The notes: generated by a model from the sequence alone, not told the origin. 64,000 bases of DNA from Octopus vulgaris (GCA_951406725.2 OX597815.1:77872001-77936000), one strand, 5' to 3'; numbered from the stretch's first letter, positions 28,519 through 42,720 are shown. A program made the numbers and translations.

Positions 28519-30505
28519 TTTTTGTAGTTTAAGCTCAGAGCGGTGGCCATGCTGGGGCACCACCTTTTTGCTACACTCTTATTATTGAGAGTCTCCTCTA
28601 ATATGTAGCATTTAGTAAGAAATTGAGTTTGATGTTGCTACCCTCATTTGCACCTCTTGCCGTGAGTTAGGTTCATCTGGGACTCTCGACAGGAAGAGGT
28701 CCAGTTTTGATTTGAAAACACCTACATCCACTTTATGTAGGTCCCTCAACCTCTTTGGGAGAATATTAAAAAGTTGTGGGCCTCTGAAACCCAGGCTGTT
28801 ACAGTAACTGGTCCTGAAACTCAGTGGCATTGTGCAGGCATGTGCAGTTTCGACCTGTTCTAGCATTGCTGTATCTTTCAATGCCAAAATTTGGCACAAT
28901 TCCTTCCAGGATCTTCCAGATGTATATTACTGCATACCTCTCCTGCCTTCGCTCCAGGGAGTAGAGTCTTAGCTGTTTCAGCCTTTCCCTGTAGCTGAGC
29001 TGTTGCAATGAGACAATCCTATTTGTGAAACTTCGCTGGATTGCTTCAAGGTCTGCTGTTAATTTTACACTGTTAGGTGACCATAGCTGGGAGCAGTAGT
29101 CCAGGCAGCTCAGGACAAATGTCCTCCAGAGGACCATCAATTTTTTCTTCTCTCTGGTTCTGAATATTCTTAGGATTCATCCAGCCAGTTGTCTGCACTT
29201 TGTCGCCATCCTGGTAATAAGCACTTGGAAAGAGGTATCATCATTCATGTCAATACCCAGGTCTCTCACTGATTTAGGCTCTGGGATTGTAATCCCCTGT
29301 GGACCAGTGTACACTATAGGTTTTATATTCAGTTTTGGATGGTAGTAGTGCAGGACTTGGAATTTTTCAGCATTAATCTGCATATTATTGTCCTCATCTC
29401 ATCTGTAAATTGAGTCCAACTCCTGGTGCAGGTGTGCAACATCACTGGGGTTCTGTATTTTCTGTGAGACTTTCGTATCGTCTGCGTGGCTAGCAAGGGT
29501 TGCAACTGAGGGCATATCTGAGAAGGCCACTCTGAAAAGCAGTGGTCCCAAGACAGTGCCCAGTGGAATACCACTCACTATTTTTGTTTTCTTTGAGGTG
29601 GCTCCATTAGCCACTACTGCCTGACTTCTATCTTTCAGAAAGTCGTAACCACTCTACAAGTTTTTCATTTATGCCAAGATCACACAGTCTATGGCATATC
29701 ATACCATGATCCACTTTATCAAAAGCTTTTGCAAAGTCAATGTATATTATGTCCACATTTGAGTTGTTGAGTAACTGTTTCAACACCCAGTCATAGTGTG
29801 CTAAAAGCTGGTTCAGGCAGCTCCTACCTGGTTGAAAGCCATGCTGGTTATCACTCAGCAAGTTGTTTTCTTCAAGGAATGCAATTAGTTTCCCTCTGAC
29901 TATCTGTTCCATGACGTTGATGATGTGTGAAGTCAGAGAGATAGGCCTACAGTTTTTGGCATCTGCTCTGCTTCCTCGTTTATGGATTTGGTATATTATT
30001 CCCTCCTTCAATTTCCTTGGCAGCCTGCCATTTGCAAGAAAACTCTGGAAGAAAACCCTGTAGAGGTTTCGCCAGGCACATTTACAGAATTTGAGGAGGA
30101 TTGCTGGGAAACCATCAGGACCAGTTTCCATCCACCTCATCTAGGACTAATGTCTTCTTCGCTAATGTCAATGTAATCCATTGTAACTGCCTTGCTGGCT
30201 ATAGGTGAGTGTGCAAAGAAATCCACTGGTTCATTCACTTATCTGTGTTTCAACAGGGTGGTAAAGACACTTTTGAACTGGTCATTCAGTACATCACTGA
30301 TCCTGGTTGGACTATCTGCGAGGGAGACATCCTTTTGTAAGAGGGGTCGTATTTTGCAGCATCTGAGGCTGTTTCTTTGGCATAATGAAAGAGGACCTTT
30401 GGGTTTGACTTAATGTTTTTTTATAACCCAGGCCTCTTTGTTTGCTCTCTCCCTTACATAGAATGGTTGCAGGCTTTTTCAGTCTCCATCAGTGTTGTTT
30501 TTAGG
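28519..30505 (-). mobile_element. 5'-truncated CR1-group LINE with frameshifted RT ORF2 and intact 3' end
   Basis: GPDGFPAILLK, RPISLTSH, NQHGFQPGRSC, YIDFAKAFDKVDH, SGIPLGTVLGPLLF, ADDTK, LDYCSQLWSP, FKSKLD..L..VPDEP across ORF fragments 30140-28612. Confidence 0.92.
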
Positions 30506-31509
30506 TAGGACCTCTCACCACTTTTGGAAAGTTGGTTGAAGCAATTTGCAATCTCCATCTGTTTTCTTGTGATATATATAGATATATACACACAATATAT
30601 AAATATAGGACAATAATAATAATAATAATTGTCATAATAAAACTCAGAGTTTTGGATGTCGGGGCTGAAGCCTGCCTTGGCATCTCGTCAGTTATTAAGA
30701 AAAAACCGTTGAATAAAGGGGAGTTACTACAATAGGCATGGAGAAAGTAAAACTTTGTTCATAGAATCTGCATATGCACACGTGTACACACATATACATC
30801 CATGTACGCACACACACATACACACAAGTGTGTGTATATATATACATACTCACACACAAGTGTACATATGTACACACACATACTTATATATGTATATGTG
30901 CCCATGCACACATCATTGTGTTCATGTACACATCTCTATATGCACATGCATATGCGGATATACAAAACCACACATATGCATATATATGTACAGATATACA
31001 CACACACATACGTATATATATGTAGTCAACATCATCCTCATGTAGATATATAAATGTTTATACAAATAAAAACACATATGCAAAAACATAAACCATAAAC
31101 AGATTCACATTCACCGAAAAACTTAAATATACATGAGTTATGTATGTATAGGGGTGCATATATATACATAAATACACCTTCCTGTCTGTCAAACACACCT
31201 ACACCTGGAGATGTACAAACGTATATACATACATATATGTATGAAGGAAGGAGACAAGTACAACAGATACAGTCTTTCACTTGCATATATATATACATTC
31301 GTACACATGTATACATGCACACACATGCACATTTGGTATATGCTTATACACACAAATACTACATGCATATATAGTCACACAATTATAAAAGGGGGGAAAA
31401 TAATATACAGAAAATATATATAAAAAAATGTAAGAATTGTTAAGACATATGAAAGGCTTGTACGTGGACATAATATAAAAATATAAAAAGCAGGTTCTAT
31501 CTGTGATCT

Positions 31510-31745
31510 TGGGGGGGCCCAAAAACATAACAAATATTTTGCCATATGTGGACATGATCCAAAAAGTTCAATTCTTGAATTTAGACATGTAGCGGGGTCT
31601 AAAGAACTTTTCCAGATGAGCCATCTTTCTATATTGCAAAGACTGCACTTTCCACTGCCGTTGATGTAAGGTTTACACTTGGTCAAGATCTTCCAGTGAA
31701 TCTTATAGCTGACACCTTGTTCTTTTAAGGACCATATATAACTAT
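31510..31745 (-). pseudogene. Penelope-like (Neptune-type) GIY-YIG endonuclease C-terminal fragment
   Basis: SYIWSLKEQGVSYKIHWKILTKCKPYINGSGKCSLCNIERWLI...CLNSRIELFGSCPHMAKYLL fits the YIW.LK..W.IL..Y..C.LC..E..LN.R.EL..C.H..K.LL pattern. Confidence 0.8.
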
Positions 31746-32115
31746 GTATGTGTGTATTTTGTACATATATATATGCATATGCATGGTTTTGTATATCCGC
31801 GTATGTATGTGCATGTTCGTATAGAGATGTGTACATGAACACAATGATGTGTGCATGGGCACATATACGTGTGTATGTGTGTGTATGCATGTATATATGT
31901 ATGTTTACATGTGTATAGATAGATATATGTGTGTGTGTATATATGTACATGTGTGTGTAAGTATGTATGTATGTATATATATACACGTGTGTGTGTGTGT
32001 ATGTATATGTGTGTGCATGTGTGCATATCCAGATTCTATGAATGAAGTTTTACTTTCTTCATACCTATTGAGTAACTACCCTTTATTCAACGGATTTTTC
32101 ATAACATTTTTGTCT

Positions 32116-32178
32116 TAATAACTGATGAGATGCTGGAGCAGGCTTCAGCCCTGACATCCGAAACTCTGAGTTTTATTA
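32116..32178 (+). ncRNA. Type I hammerhead ribozyme motif in a Penelope-like terminal repeat
   Basis: TAATAA-CTGATGA-GATG...CATC-C-GAAA-CTCTGAG-TT-TTATTA. A decayed inverted copy lies at about 30635-30697. Confidence 0.6.
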
Positions 32179-32944
32179 TGACAGCTAACTGATTGTTCTT
32201 TATTACACTTATAGATAAATTCCTCTATTTACATAATATTGAGGTCTCATTCATTCTTTTATTATCACATTATTATTGTTAATATTTAGAAGAGAGCTGT
32301 GTGAAGAAGAACCACTCCTAATCCGTTGAAGGAATCCAGAGTAGAGGGAGACCCAGGAAGAATTGGGATGTGGCAGTGAAGCATGACTTTCAAATGTTGC
32401 GCCTTACAAAGGCAATGACAAAAGACCGAGACCTCTAGAGGTATGCTGTGACTGAGAAGACCCGGCAAATAAAGTGAGTTCACAGCTGTAACCTACACCA
32501 CCATCGCATAACCAGCCCATTCAAAAGTACCTTGGATCATAGGGCGACATGCCATGCTTGTGGAGACCTAATGAGTCAAGTACATCAATATCAAAATCAA
32601 ATCAAATTACAATCAAATGGAAATTGTAGTTGTGACCCTCGTGCCGGTGGAACGTAAAAAGCACCATCCGAACATGGCCAATGCCAGTGCTGCCTTGACT
32701 GGCTTCAGTGCTGGTGGCACATAAAAAGCACCATCTGATTGTGATTGATGCCAGCTCCTCTGGCCCCTGTGCTGGTGGCACATAAAAAGCACCCACTACA
32801 TTTTCGGAGTGGTTGGCATTAGAAAGGGCATCCAGCTGTAGAAACACTGCCTGATCAGATTGGGGCCTGGTGCAGCCTCCTGGCTTCCCACACTCCAGTC
32901 GAACCATCCAACCCATGCCAGTATGGAAAACAGACATTAAATGA

Positions 32945-33138
<194 letters not shown>

Positions 33139-33714
33139 GGTGCTATTAAGTTAGACATGGCCTGGGCCAATAATGGCCGAAACCTATCAAAGTATCAAAG
33201 TATATATACATATATTTACTTCTATATACTGGCTTATTTCTGTTGTATTTATCATACTTTGAATGTTCTGTTTTTGCATGAATAAGATCCACTCTCTCGA
33301 CAACATTGCCACATACCACACTTATTTCCTGCTTCACCACCCACTCATTCTGTCTCTTATCCCAATTACCTACCTGCCCTACTCTCAAAGTAAATGGGAC
33401 AAGATTTAGGGCTGTCTCACTACAGCTAGTTTCCAGGATACCTAGCGTACACCTTTAATACTAAGTAACAGGTTATGAAGGACAAGATAGGTTTTCATTT
33501 TCTACTTTTTCTCTTTTTTTGTCATTGAAAAAGCTGAAAGCTATTCCCGCTCTTTCTTAGTTATTTTACGTATGTAACAAAAGCCCTCTGTGTTTATGTA
33601 TATGTATCAGTTTATATTTGGATATGAGTGTTCTGTCTCATGATTTTTATAAGTAAAAAGTAAGACAGGTCCCTATGTTTGCATGCATATGTGTTTAGAT
33701 TTCTATGTATTCTT

Positions 33715-34625
33715 TTATTCTTTTATTTGTTTCTGCCATTTGACTGCGGCCATGCTAGAGCACCACCTTAAAGAGTGTTAGTCAAAGAAATCGACCCCAG
33801 GTCTTATTCGTTGTAAACCTAGTACTTATTCTATCGGTCTCTTTTGCCAAACTGCTAAGTTACGGGGATGTAAACTCACCAACATCAGTTGTCAAACAAT
33901 GATGGGACACACACACACACACACACACAAATATATACACTCATATATATATATATCTATACACGATGGGCTTCTTCCAGTTTCCATCTACCAAATCCAC
34001 TCACAAGGCTTGGTTGGCCCAAGGCTATAGTAGAAGACACTTGCCCAAGGTGCCATACAGTGGGACTGAACTTGGAACCATGTGGTCAGGAAGTAAGCTT
34101 CTTACCACACAGCCACATATATGCATATATGCATATAATATGTGTATATTTATTTAAGTGTATGTTTCTTCAAGTTGTGTGTATTGTTGTTGTTGTTGTT
34201 GTTGCAAGTTAACCCTGATTGAACAGACCTGTGATCGAAAGCATTCCAAACATGCCTATCTCATCATTTATCTTTTATCTTTTACTGGTTTCTGTCATTA
34301 GACTGGCCATGCTAGAGCACAGCCTTGAAGAATGAATCCACTTCAGTACTTTTTCTTTTAAACCTGATAATTATTCTTTCAATCTCTTTTGCTGAACCAC
34401 TAGGTTACAAGGAGGTAAGCACACCAACACCAGTTGTCAAATGGTGGTGGGGTACGACCACAAAGGCACACACATACATAGATGTATATATGATGGGCTT
34501 CTTACAGTTTCCATCTACTAAATTCACTCACAAAGCTTTGGCCAGCCCAAGGCTATAGTAGAAGACACTTGCTGAAGGTACCACACAGTGAGACTGAACC
34601 TGAAACTCTGCCACGCCTGCACCTA
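33715..34625 (-). mobile_element. Two family B CORE-SINEs in reverse orientation (about 33715-34115 and 34270-34625)
   Basis: Reverse-complement matches to the family B head, CORE and tail. Confidence 0.8.
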
Positions 34626-36510
34626 TTGGGGATTCTATAATTGGATTATACAGTGCATACCTTCCTTCACTAAAACCCTATTTGAAGCTATATTTATTCT
34701 GTATGGTCATACTCACTACTTACTTTTGAAATTCCCTGTACCCTTGTAATCATTTTCATCTTTTGGTGAAAATAAATAAGAAAGCTTTGCAGTATTTTAT
34801 TTCATATTTCATATTAATTATTTCTCTTGTTATCCAATTAGTTCTGGCTTAATCATTAGGATACCCTTAATAACCTTATCACTAAATCCACAAATAACCA
34901 CGTCTGATAAAGTGATCAATTTACACAGTTTTATATACTTTTATCTGACTAATTGCTTGTTGGGACTGCTATTAGATTAATCACACATGCTTCAAGTCTG
35001 GAGCAGGGAAGGAAGAAATCCTAGAAATTTGATTTTGCTATAAATCTGTCGGATAAATGTTAATAAATTCTTCTTATGAAGTATCATTCAAATGCTATAT
35101 CTACATTGCTGTTCAAGATTAATTATGCCATGCTAATGTATCTGAGGTGAGAATATCCAGCTACAGACATAGAGAGGCTGGGTTAAAATATATGAAGCAT
35201 AACTTACATAAAGTTGATTAAGACAGATGAGAGATTCATACTTATCAGTCACTATATCTTTTTATGTTCTAAAATTTAAAAAGAAAATTCTGCTAGTGTT
35301 AAATTGAAAACTTCATCAGAATTAAAAGAATCTGTTTGAAACTTTGAAACTCATGGCCTTCGAGTCACTTTGTAACTTCCACTGTCTCTCTGTCCCTCTG
35401 TCACCTTTCATCATCTGACACATGACCACCTCCTCCAATACCCCCTCCTCTATAGCAAGACACCTGTTTCTGCTTCTGTCGCACTCTAACTTTTCATCAT
35501 CTGGCACAAGACCCCCTCCTCCAATTCCCCCTCTCTTCTCAAAAATTCCTTGCCTTGTAAGTTACTTGGTGACCCTGCTGGTGCTGTTGCCATGTAAAAA
35601 GCATCCAGTTCATACTGTGAAGTGGTTGGCATTTGGAAGGGCATCCAGCTGTAAAAACCATACTAAAACTGACCTCACCTGTGCTGGTGCCACATAAAAA
35701 GCACTCAGTCCACTCAGCGGGGTAGTTGGTGTTAGGAAGGGCATTCATTCATAAAAACCATGTCAAAACAGACACAGTAACCTGGTGTAGTCTTCTACCT
35801 GACTGGCTTCTGTCAAACCGTCTAACCCATGCCAGTATAGAAGGTGGATGTTAAATGATGATGATGATGATATATTGAGTTTTATTTATCCTGTTTGTAC
35901 TACCAATGGAATTGAATCCAAAACCATGTGGTAAAGTGAGCTTGTTAACCATGCAGTTATGCCAGGTCTTGTAATGTTGATGTTGAGAAAATTTAGTTAT
36001 TGTTGAAATTGAGTCGTAGATGTCAGAATTAGTTGAGCACTGCACAAAATATTTTATGGTATTTTGTTGAAAACTTTATGTTCAATGCTCAACTCACTCT
36101 GGTATAGAAAAAGTTGTGTACCATTCATTCGATTAATATAGTCAATGTAATTGACTATCTCTCCTCTCCCACCCCTAATTTCTGGCTGTGACCAATGTTA
36201 GAAATTGATATTTTAATTGAAATGTTGCAGAAAGATTTTTTTTTCTTTTTGAATGTATTAATATGAATTTATATCTTTTGTATATCAGTTTCTCACGTCT
36301 TGGACAGTTCTTTCTACAAATAGCATTCATTATATCATTCTTGTTATGATCTTAGCTATTTCTGGTTTAATATAACTGGTTCCTTACACCATTATTTCTT
36401 ATCATATTATGACAGATCTGTGATGATATCTGAACTTTCTTTTTAATTAGATAAATGGATAGTAATCTTCCAGCTATAGATATCATTCTAATTATATTGA
36501 AAGTAATATA

Positions 36511-36571
<61 letters not shown>

Positions 36572-37505
36572 TGAGAGTGTGTGTATGTTATCATCATCAT
36601 TACCTTCATCAGTCAATGTTCACTTTTCCATGCTTGCATGGGTCAAACGGAATTTGTTGAGGCAGATTTTCCATGGCCAGATGCCCTTCCCATTGTCAAC
36701 CTACACCTGTTTCTAAGCAAGGTGATATTTAAACCATAGTTGGACATATTTTCGTGGAAGATTAGATATGAACAACATCACTTGTATAATGGTAATATTT
36801 GTTCATAACCATCACATGATGTCAAGACAGGATACACAGAAACACACACACGCATTCATGCATATATATATATATATTATATATATATATATTTGGTAGA
36901 TGGGAATTGAAAGAAGCTCATCGTGTGTGTGTGTGTAAGAGAGAGAGAGAGAGAGAAATAACTTATATGTATATATATATATGTGATGAGCTTCTTTCAG
37001 TTTCCATTTACGAAATCCACCCATGAGGCTTTAGTCAGCCTAGTGCTGTAGTATGACACAAGGTGTCACACAGTGGGACTGAACCCAAAATCACATGGTT
37101 GGGAAGCAAGCTTTCCAACCACACAGCCATGTCTGTGCCTATTGTATGCATATGTAAACCAACCAACACATAAGCTTAAATTTCAAAAACTCCAATTGAT
37201 GTTATACTAAATTTTGCATAAATTCTACTTTATCTGCTTGATTTCTATTCACTTTGTGACGACTCCATTTTCATGTTTGTACAACAGCCAGTGACTATAA
37301 CCATTAATTAATACACCAATGACTGACTATACACTGGTGACTAAAGACCATTAACTAAAACACCAGAGACTATTGACATCAGTGACAAAATACACTATGA
37401 ACTGTTGAAGCCATTGACTAATAGATCAATGCCAATAGACTGATGACTAATAGACTAATTGTGTTTATATTAGAGATCTTTATTTTGGCTGTTAATATAT
37501 CATCG

Positions 37506-37539
<34 letters not shown>

Positions 37540-37814
37540 AGTGGCAAGCTGGCAGAATCATTAGCACATTGGACAAAACGCTCAACGGTATTTCGTTCAT
37601 CTTTATATTCTAAATTCAAACTCTGCCAAAAACAATATTACCTTTCATCCTTTCAAGGTTGATAAAATAAGTATCACCTGAGCACTAGGATTGATGTAAC
37701 TGACTTACCCCCACCCACAAAATTGCTGGCTTTGTGCTACAATTTTCCAATTGATTTGCATTTTATTTCATCTTCCAAACCAGGTCTTGACCAGAGAACT
37801 AAGGCATATATGTA

Positions 37815-38121
37815 TTAGATGGAGAGAAACTTCCTGAGACTGTGGACAGTTGATGTCAGCACAATTTTTTGAGTCTCATAGATTGTTAGTTTTCCAATGA
37901 TCTGGTCAAAAAATTTGTCACTATCTTTCTTGACCATTCCCTGGGCACCTACAACAACAGGGATAGTTTTCATTTTTAATTGCCACGTTTTAGATATCTC
38001 AATCCCAACAGTTTCTTAAATTCGTTTTGCTGAGATGTTTCTATCATTAGGCACTGTCATATCAATTAACAGGCATGTTTTTTGTCTTAGGTCTTTGATG
38101 ATGATATGTGGTCTGTTATCT
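37815..38121 (-). mobile_element. R4/Dong-like RLE endonuclease C-terminus
   Basis: NRPHIIIKDLRQKTCLLIDMTVPNDRNISAK...IEISKTWQLKMKTIPVVVGAQGMVKK...QKIVLTSTVHSLRKFLSI*. Confidence 0.8.
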
Positions 38122-38486
38122 CAGATCACATACCAAAACAAGTAGGGCTCAAGAATTTTGTGATTCTTTTACTATCAAGATGAAGAGCAACAACAATAAT
38201 AATTCTTTCTGCTATAGGCACAAGGACTGAAATTTTGTGAGGCATTGGTATAAGTCTATTACACTGATACTAGTGCTCAATTAGCACTTATTTTCAATTG
38301 TCCTCCAAAAGAATGAAAGGCAAAGTCAACCTTTGTGGAATTGGAACCCAAGAAAGTAAAGAGCCAGAATACATGCCACTAAGCATTTTGTCTGACTTAC
38401 AATTCTACCAGCTTGCTCCTTTCATTATAATAATAATGATGATGATGATGATAATGATGGTGTTGATGATAATGATGTCTATGCAG

Positions 38487-38718
38487 ACGGCAAGCTGGTA
38501 GAATTGTTAACACGCTGGGCGAAATGCTTAGCGGTATTTTCATCTGCCACTACGTTCTGAGTTCATTTTCCGCCGAGGTCAACTTTGCCTTTCATCCTTT
38601 CGAGGTCGATTAAATAAGTACCAGTTACGCACTGGGGTCGATATAATCGACTTAATCCGTTTGTCTGTCCTTGTTTGTCCTCTCTGTGTTTAGCCCCTTG
38701 TGGGTAGTAAAGAAATAG
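38487..38718 (+). mobile_element. Young family A SINE (CpG-rich, ...GTGGGTAGTAAAGAAATAG subfamily)
   Basis: Near-identical to 46602-46829 and to the reverse copy at 49209-49437. Confidence 0.9.
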
Positions 38719-38754
38719 ATAATGATGACAATGGTCATGATGATGATGATGATT

Positions 38755-39720
38755 TCTTTTATTTGCCACCAGGGTAAAGTATGAGGGGTACAATACAAAG
38801 ACAGGCATAAAGTGTGAGTGTTTACATGTAATGAAATGATTTTAAAAAAGTAGAAATGAAAGTATACATGGTATAAAACAAAGAAGAGAAGTATACATAA
38901 TATACAGTCGTAAAAAGAAAGAAGAAAGGAAAACAAAAGAAGGATAGTGATGTGCTCCTCTTGATACAGGAGAACCTCCAGCAATAATCAAGAAATGCCA
39001 CTGTCCAAGATTTCCCTGAATACCAAGGCTGTATCCAGTTCTTGTTCTCCAAGTTACAGTCTCACACAAGAGTAGTGCCATTCACTCCTGCCATTTTTGC
39101 AACTATCACCTACCTTTCAATAAATTCACTCAAGGACAGCAACTCCCTCTCCACTCTCACTTTCTTTTTCAAGTGAAACTTGAAAGAGTTGATGAAGGCA
39201 CTACCAAAGAGGAACATCTCTTTCCTCATGCCTTTCAACCTTATCCACCAGGCAAAGGAAAACTGCTTTAAGAGCCCTATTAAAGGAAGATGACTGGGCA
39301 ATCATATAAACTCAGCTGATAATAGATGGATCTGTACCACCAGCAACAGTAGTTGTTTGACATAACTCCACAAGTCAGCAATGCCTGGACACAGAATGAG
39401 TGCATGCAGAACAGTTTCATCACTCTGTAGGCACCTTGTAAAGCATATCTGACACATCTATATATGTAAAATCTATATATCTATATATGTAAAATTTATC
39501 TCGAACTGGTAGCACTCCTTTGTTGCACTGTTGGGCCAAGGACATCTAGAAATTATCCATGGTAGCCCTTGACTGGAAAGTCCTCTGGAACAGACTAGCC
39601 AATTCATTTTTGTCAACCTCCAGAATCTCCCCATGAACAGTGTCACACTTCACCACCATTGATCATTTATATATTGTTAAAATGGAGCATTCGCAAATCT
39701 CATTGCCCAACTAGCAGAGG
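38755..39720 (-). mobile_element. Degenerate L1/Tx1-type LINE 3' portion
   Basis: DETVLHALILCPGIADLWSYV (zf-RVT-like) and WWIRLKG...FINSFKFHLKKKVRVERELLS...FIER, followed by a T-rich 3' UTR. Confidence 0.55.
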
Positions 39721-40293
39721 GCTGTGAGTGCCTGACAACACTCTTGGCTTGACACCAAGACCCATGCCACCACTTTATCCTTGGGTGCCTTTAACAGAGT
39801 TCACTCTGTTGTCAGTACTCAGCCAAGGTCCCTACTTCTCCCTCTGTTCATGTTTTTCATGCTGGCATTCACTTGCAGTTGCTCAGTCTGAATATCAGTA
39901 TCAACATTCTGAATGTCAAACTGTACTTCTCTTCCTCTAACTAATGAAAGACAAAATACAGGAAAAATGTAAATTCAGAAAATATATTGGTTCAATAGAT
40001 ATGCAATGCTATAATCAAGACTTGAACCTCTGTCACATTGGCTGGAAACCCAGGATATTGATCACTAAATCACTATAGTTCTGACTAATACAAGCTAACA
40101 GTATAAATGTCTTTGTTTCTTATGGAAGAAAATCCAAAATATTTCTCATGATTTACTATAAGGTTCTTGGGAATTTCTAGCTAAATGTTCTCTCTCTTTC
40201 TCACTGTATTTCTTTCACTCTCCGTGTATCTCTTTCTCCTCCTCTCTCTCTCTCTCTCACACACACGCACACAAAAGCATTCTTGTCTTTCAA

Positions 40294-40330
<37 letters not shown>

Positions 40331-40776
40331 TTCAAACTCATTGACACACACACATGAATAGGTACATATGCATACAGTCATTCACATACAGCACACACAT
40401 GCTATAAACTTGCACAGACACCTTATGCATACACACACATGCCTGTGTGCAAACACATACACGCACACACAGTTCTTAAGCAATCACACATAAACCAAAA
40501 ATTAAAATTATAATTAAGATTTATTTCTCAATTGCTGAAAAATGAATGTAAAAGAATATAAATTCATTGCTTATTTTTCTTCTAAACTATATTCAGATAT
40601 TGTAAAGAATTTGGTAGCTAGACAGTATTGCTGACCTCACTTCCATAATTAAGTAACAACTCAAACACCCACCCCTATTCTCCTCACAAAGAAAAGAAAA
40701 TTAAATATGTTTAGAAATGGTAAAGGTGATTTTTTGATATCATTTTTCTAGTTATCATTTTGTAGCTCTGCCTCCA

Positions 40777-40875
40777 TCCTCCTCCTCCTCCTCCTCCTTC
40801 TTCTTCTTCTTCTTCTTCTTCTTCTTCTTCTTCTTCTTCTTCTTCTTCTTCTTCTTCTTCTTCTTCTTCTTCTTC
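40777..40875. repeat. (CCT)n(TTC)n polypyrimidine microsatellite
   Basis: Directly visible. Confidence 0.95.
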
Positions 40876-41667
40876 ATAATAATAATGGTAATTATAATAA
40901 TAATAATGATAATGGTGATAATAATGCCATATATTGATTTCTCTTTCGGGTCTTGGAGCAAATGATTTTTTTTTAACACCCTCACAATTCTCTCCATAAA
41001 ACCAATCAGTGGAACCTACTTCAAAATTGCATAAGTTTGGGTATAAAAGCTCAATGATTGAGGAAAACAAAAGATTCTTACAGATAGCATATCAAATAAA
41101 AATAGCTAATTTTGGCAGAGGGCCACAAATATATGAGTTGCAAGGAAGTAGATTTATTTCCCCTTTTTATGAGACCTCTTCACTAGAGTTAGATCATGTG
41201 TTATTGAAATTTGTAAAATAAGGTATTTTATTGTTTTGGGGGGCCTACACAAATCGTCTCTAGATTCTTTTGAACTCAAGTTGTTGTTGTTGCTTTTTTA
41301 TTGACTGCTGGATGTATTTTATATTGAGTAACACTCTTTGAAATGTTTCCTACTAACCACTGAACCATCTTTGACATCAGAAGCTGATGTGCGATTATTT
41401 AAGGTAGTTTCATGTCTAAACATTCAAGTGTAAAAGTAAGTCTTTATCTTTTATCTTTAGACTGTGGCCATGCTGGAGCACCACCTTGAAGAATTTTAGT
41501 TGAGTGAATTGACCCAATCCCACTACTTTCCTTCTTTTAAGCCTAGTTCTTCTTATTCTATTGATATCTTTTGCTGAGCCATCAGGTTGTGGAGACATTA
41601 GCATGTCAACACCAGTTGTCAACTAGTAGTGGAGGACAAACACAGACATAAAGACACACAAACATGT

Positions 41668-42078
41668 GTGGCTGTGTGAAAAGATGCTTGCTTCTCAATC
41701 ACATGGTTCTGGGTTCAGTCCCACTTCATGGCACCTTGGGCAAGTGTCTTCTACTATAGCCTTGGGCCAACCAAAGCCTTGTGAGTGGATTTGGTAAGAT
41801 GGAAACTGGAAGAAGCCCATCATGTGTGTGTGTGTGTGTGTTTGTATGTGTGTGTGTATTTATATTTGTGTGTGTGAGTGTTTGTCCTTCACCATTGTTT
41901 GACAACTGATGTTGGTGTGTTTACATCCCTGTAACTTAGCAGTTCAGCAAAAGAGACCGATAGAATAAATACTAGGGTTACAAAGAATAAGGCCTGGGGT
42001 TGATTTCTTTGACTAAAAACCTTTAGGTGGTGTTCCAGCATGGCTGCAGTCGAATGATTGAAACAAGTATGAGAATAA
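41668..42078 (+). mobile_element. Family B CORE-SINE, adjacent to an inverted partial copy (41445-41660)
   Basis: Head, CORE and tail motifs are present. The upstream segment is the reverse complement of the tail half. Confidence 0.85.
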
Positions 42079-42619
42079 GAGAATATATGTGTGTATGTGT
42101 GTGACTGCTGACAGCATGACTGTAAAAGCAATCTTGTTCATTTCCATCTTCCATGAAATGTATGTCTAGCCAAGGAGAACTATTGCCCTGCTCGGCGACT
42201 GGTAAGGGTTGGTGACACAAAGGGCATCCAGCCATTAAAAAAAATCTGCCTCAGCAAATTCCATCTAACCAAATTCTATCAAGCATGGAAAAGTGGATGC
42301 TAAAACCACAATACTGACACCACTTTTGTTTCAATTGCTTTTCAAGAAATCATGGAGAATTTAATAAAATAAATATCTTTATTAAGCTAGTGTTTCAAAT
42401 ATATGAAATTTTTGGTGGAAGATTTTAATTTAGATCTTTCTAAAACATGAAATTTGTATCACAGAACCAAGGGCAGCCTCAGGTGGGGGTTGGTACCAAA
42501 AGGGCTAATGCAGTGTCAGTGACCAATATTTGAACTCATTGCAGTTATTTTGTCAGTAGTCTAGAACTTGAACAATATAGCTTCATGAAATGAGTCGACT
42601 ATTTTCTTCCATTTCACAG

Positions 42620-42720
42620 ATTCCAGTTCTGTTGGAAGTAAACAATCTTTGGACAGCGAAGATTCAGGTTCATCACATGAACAACTGGTGACTTCGGCCT
42701 CCAGTCAAAGTACATTGCAG
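42620..42720 (+). CDS. Putative internal host-gene exon, Ser-rich (phase 1 to phase 0)
   Basis: Acceptor TTTTCTTCCATTTCACAG, donor CAG|GTACTT, open frame xSSSVGSKQSLDSEDSGSSHEQLVTSASSQSTLQ in non-repetitive sequence. Confidence 0.6.

Larger units (their letters stand above)
30630..32183. mobile_element. Penelope-like element relic with inverted terminal segments (30630-~31010 versus ~31745-32183)
   Basis: Inverted ~400-bp arms, each with a hammerhead-like motif, flank a GIY-YIG C-terminal coding fragment. Confidence 0.75.

Noticed and set aside
40711-41070. Poly-Glu/poly-Lys ORFs
   Set aside because: (TTC)n microsatellite translation.
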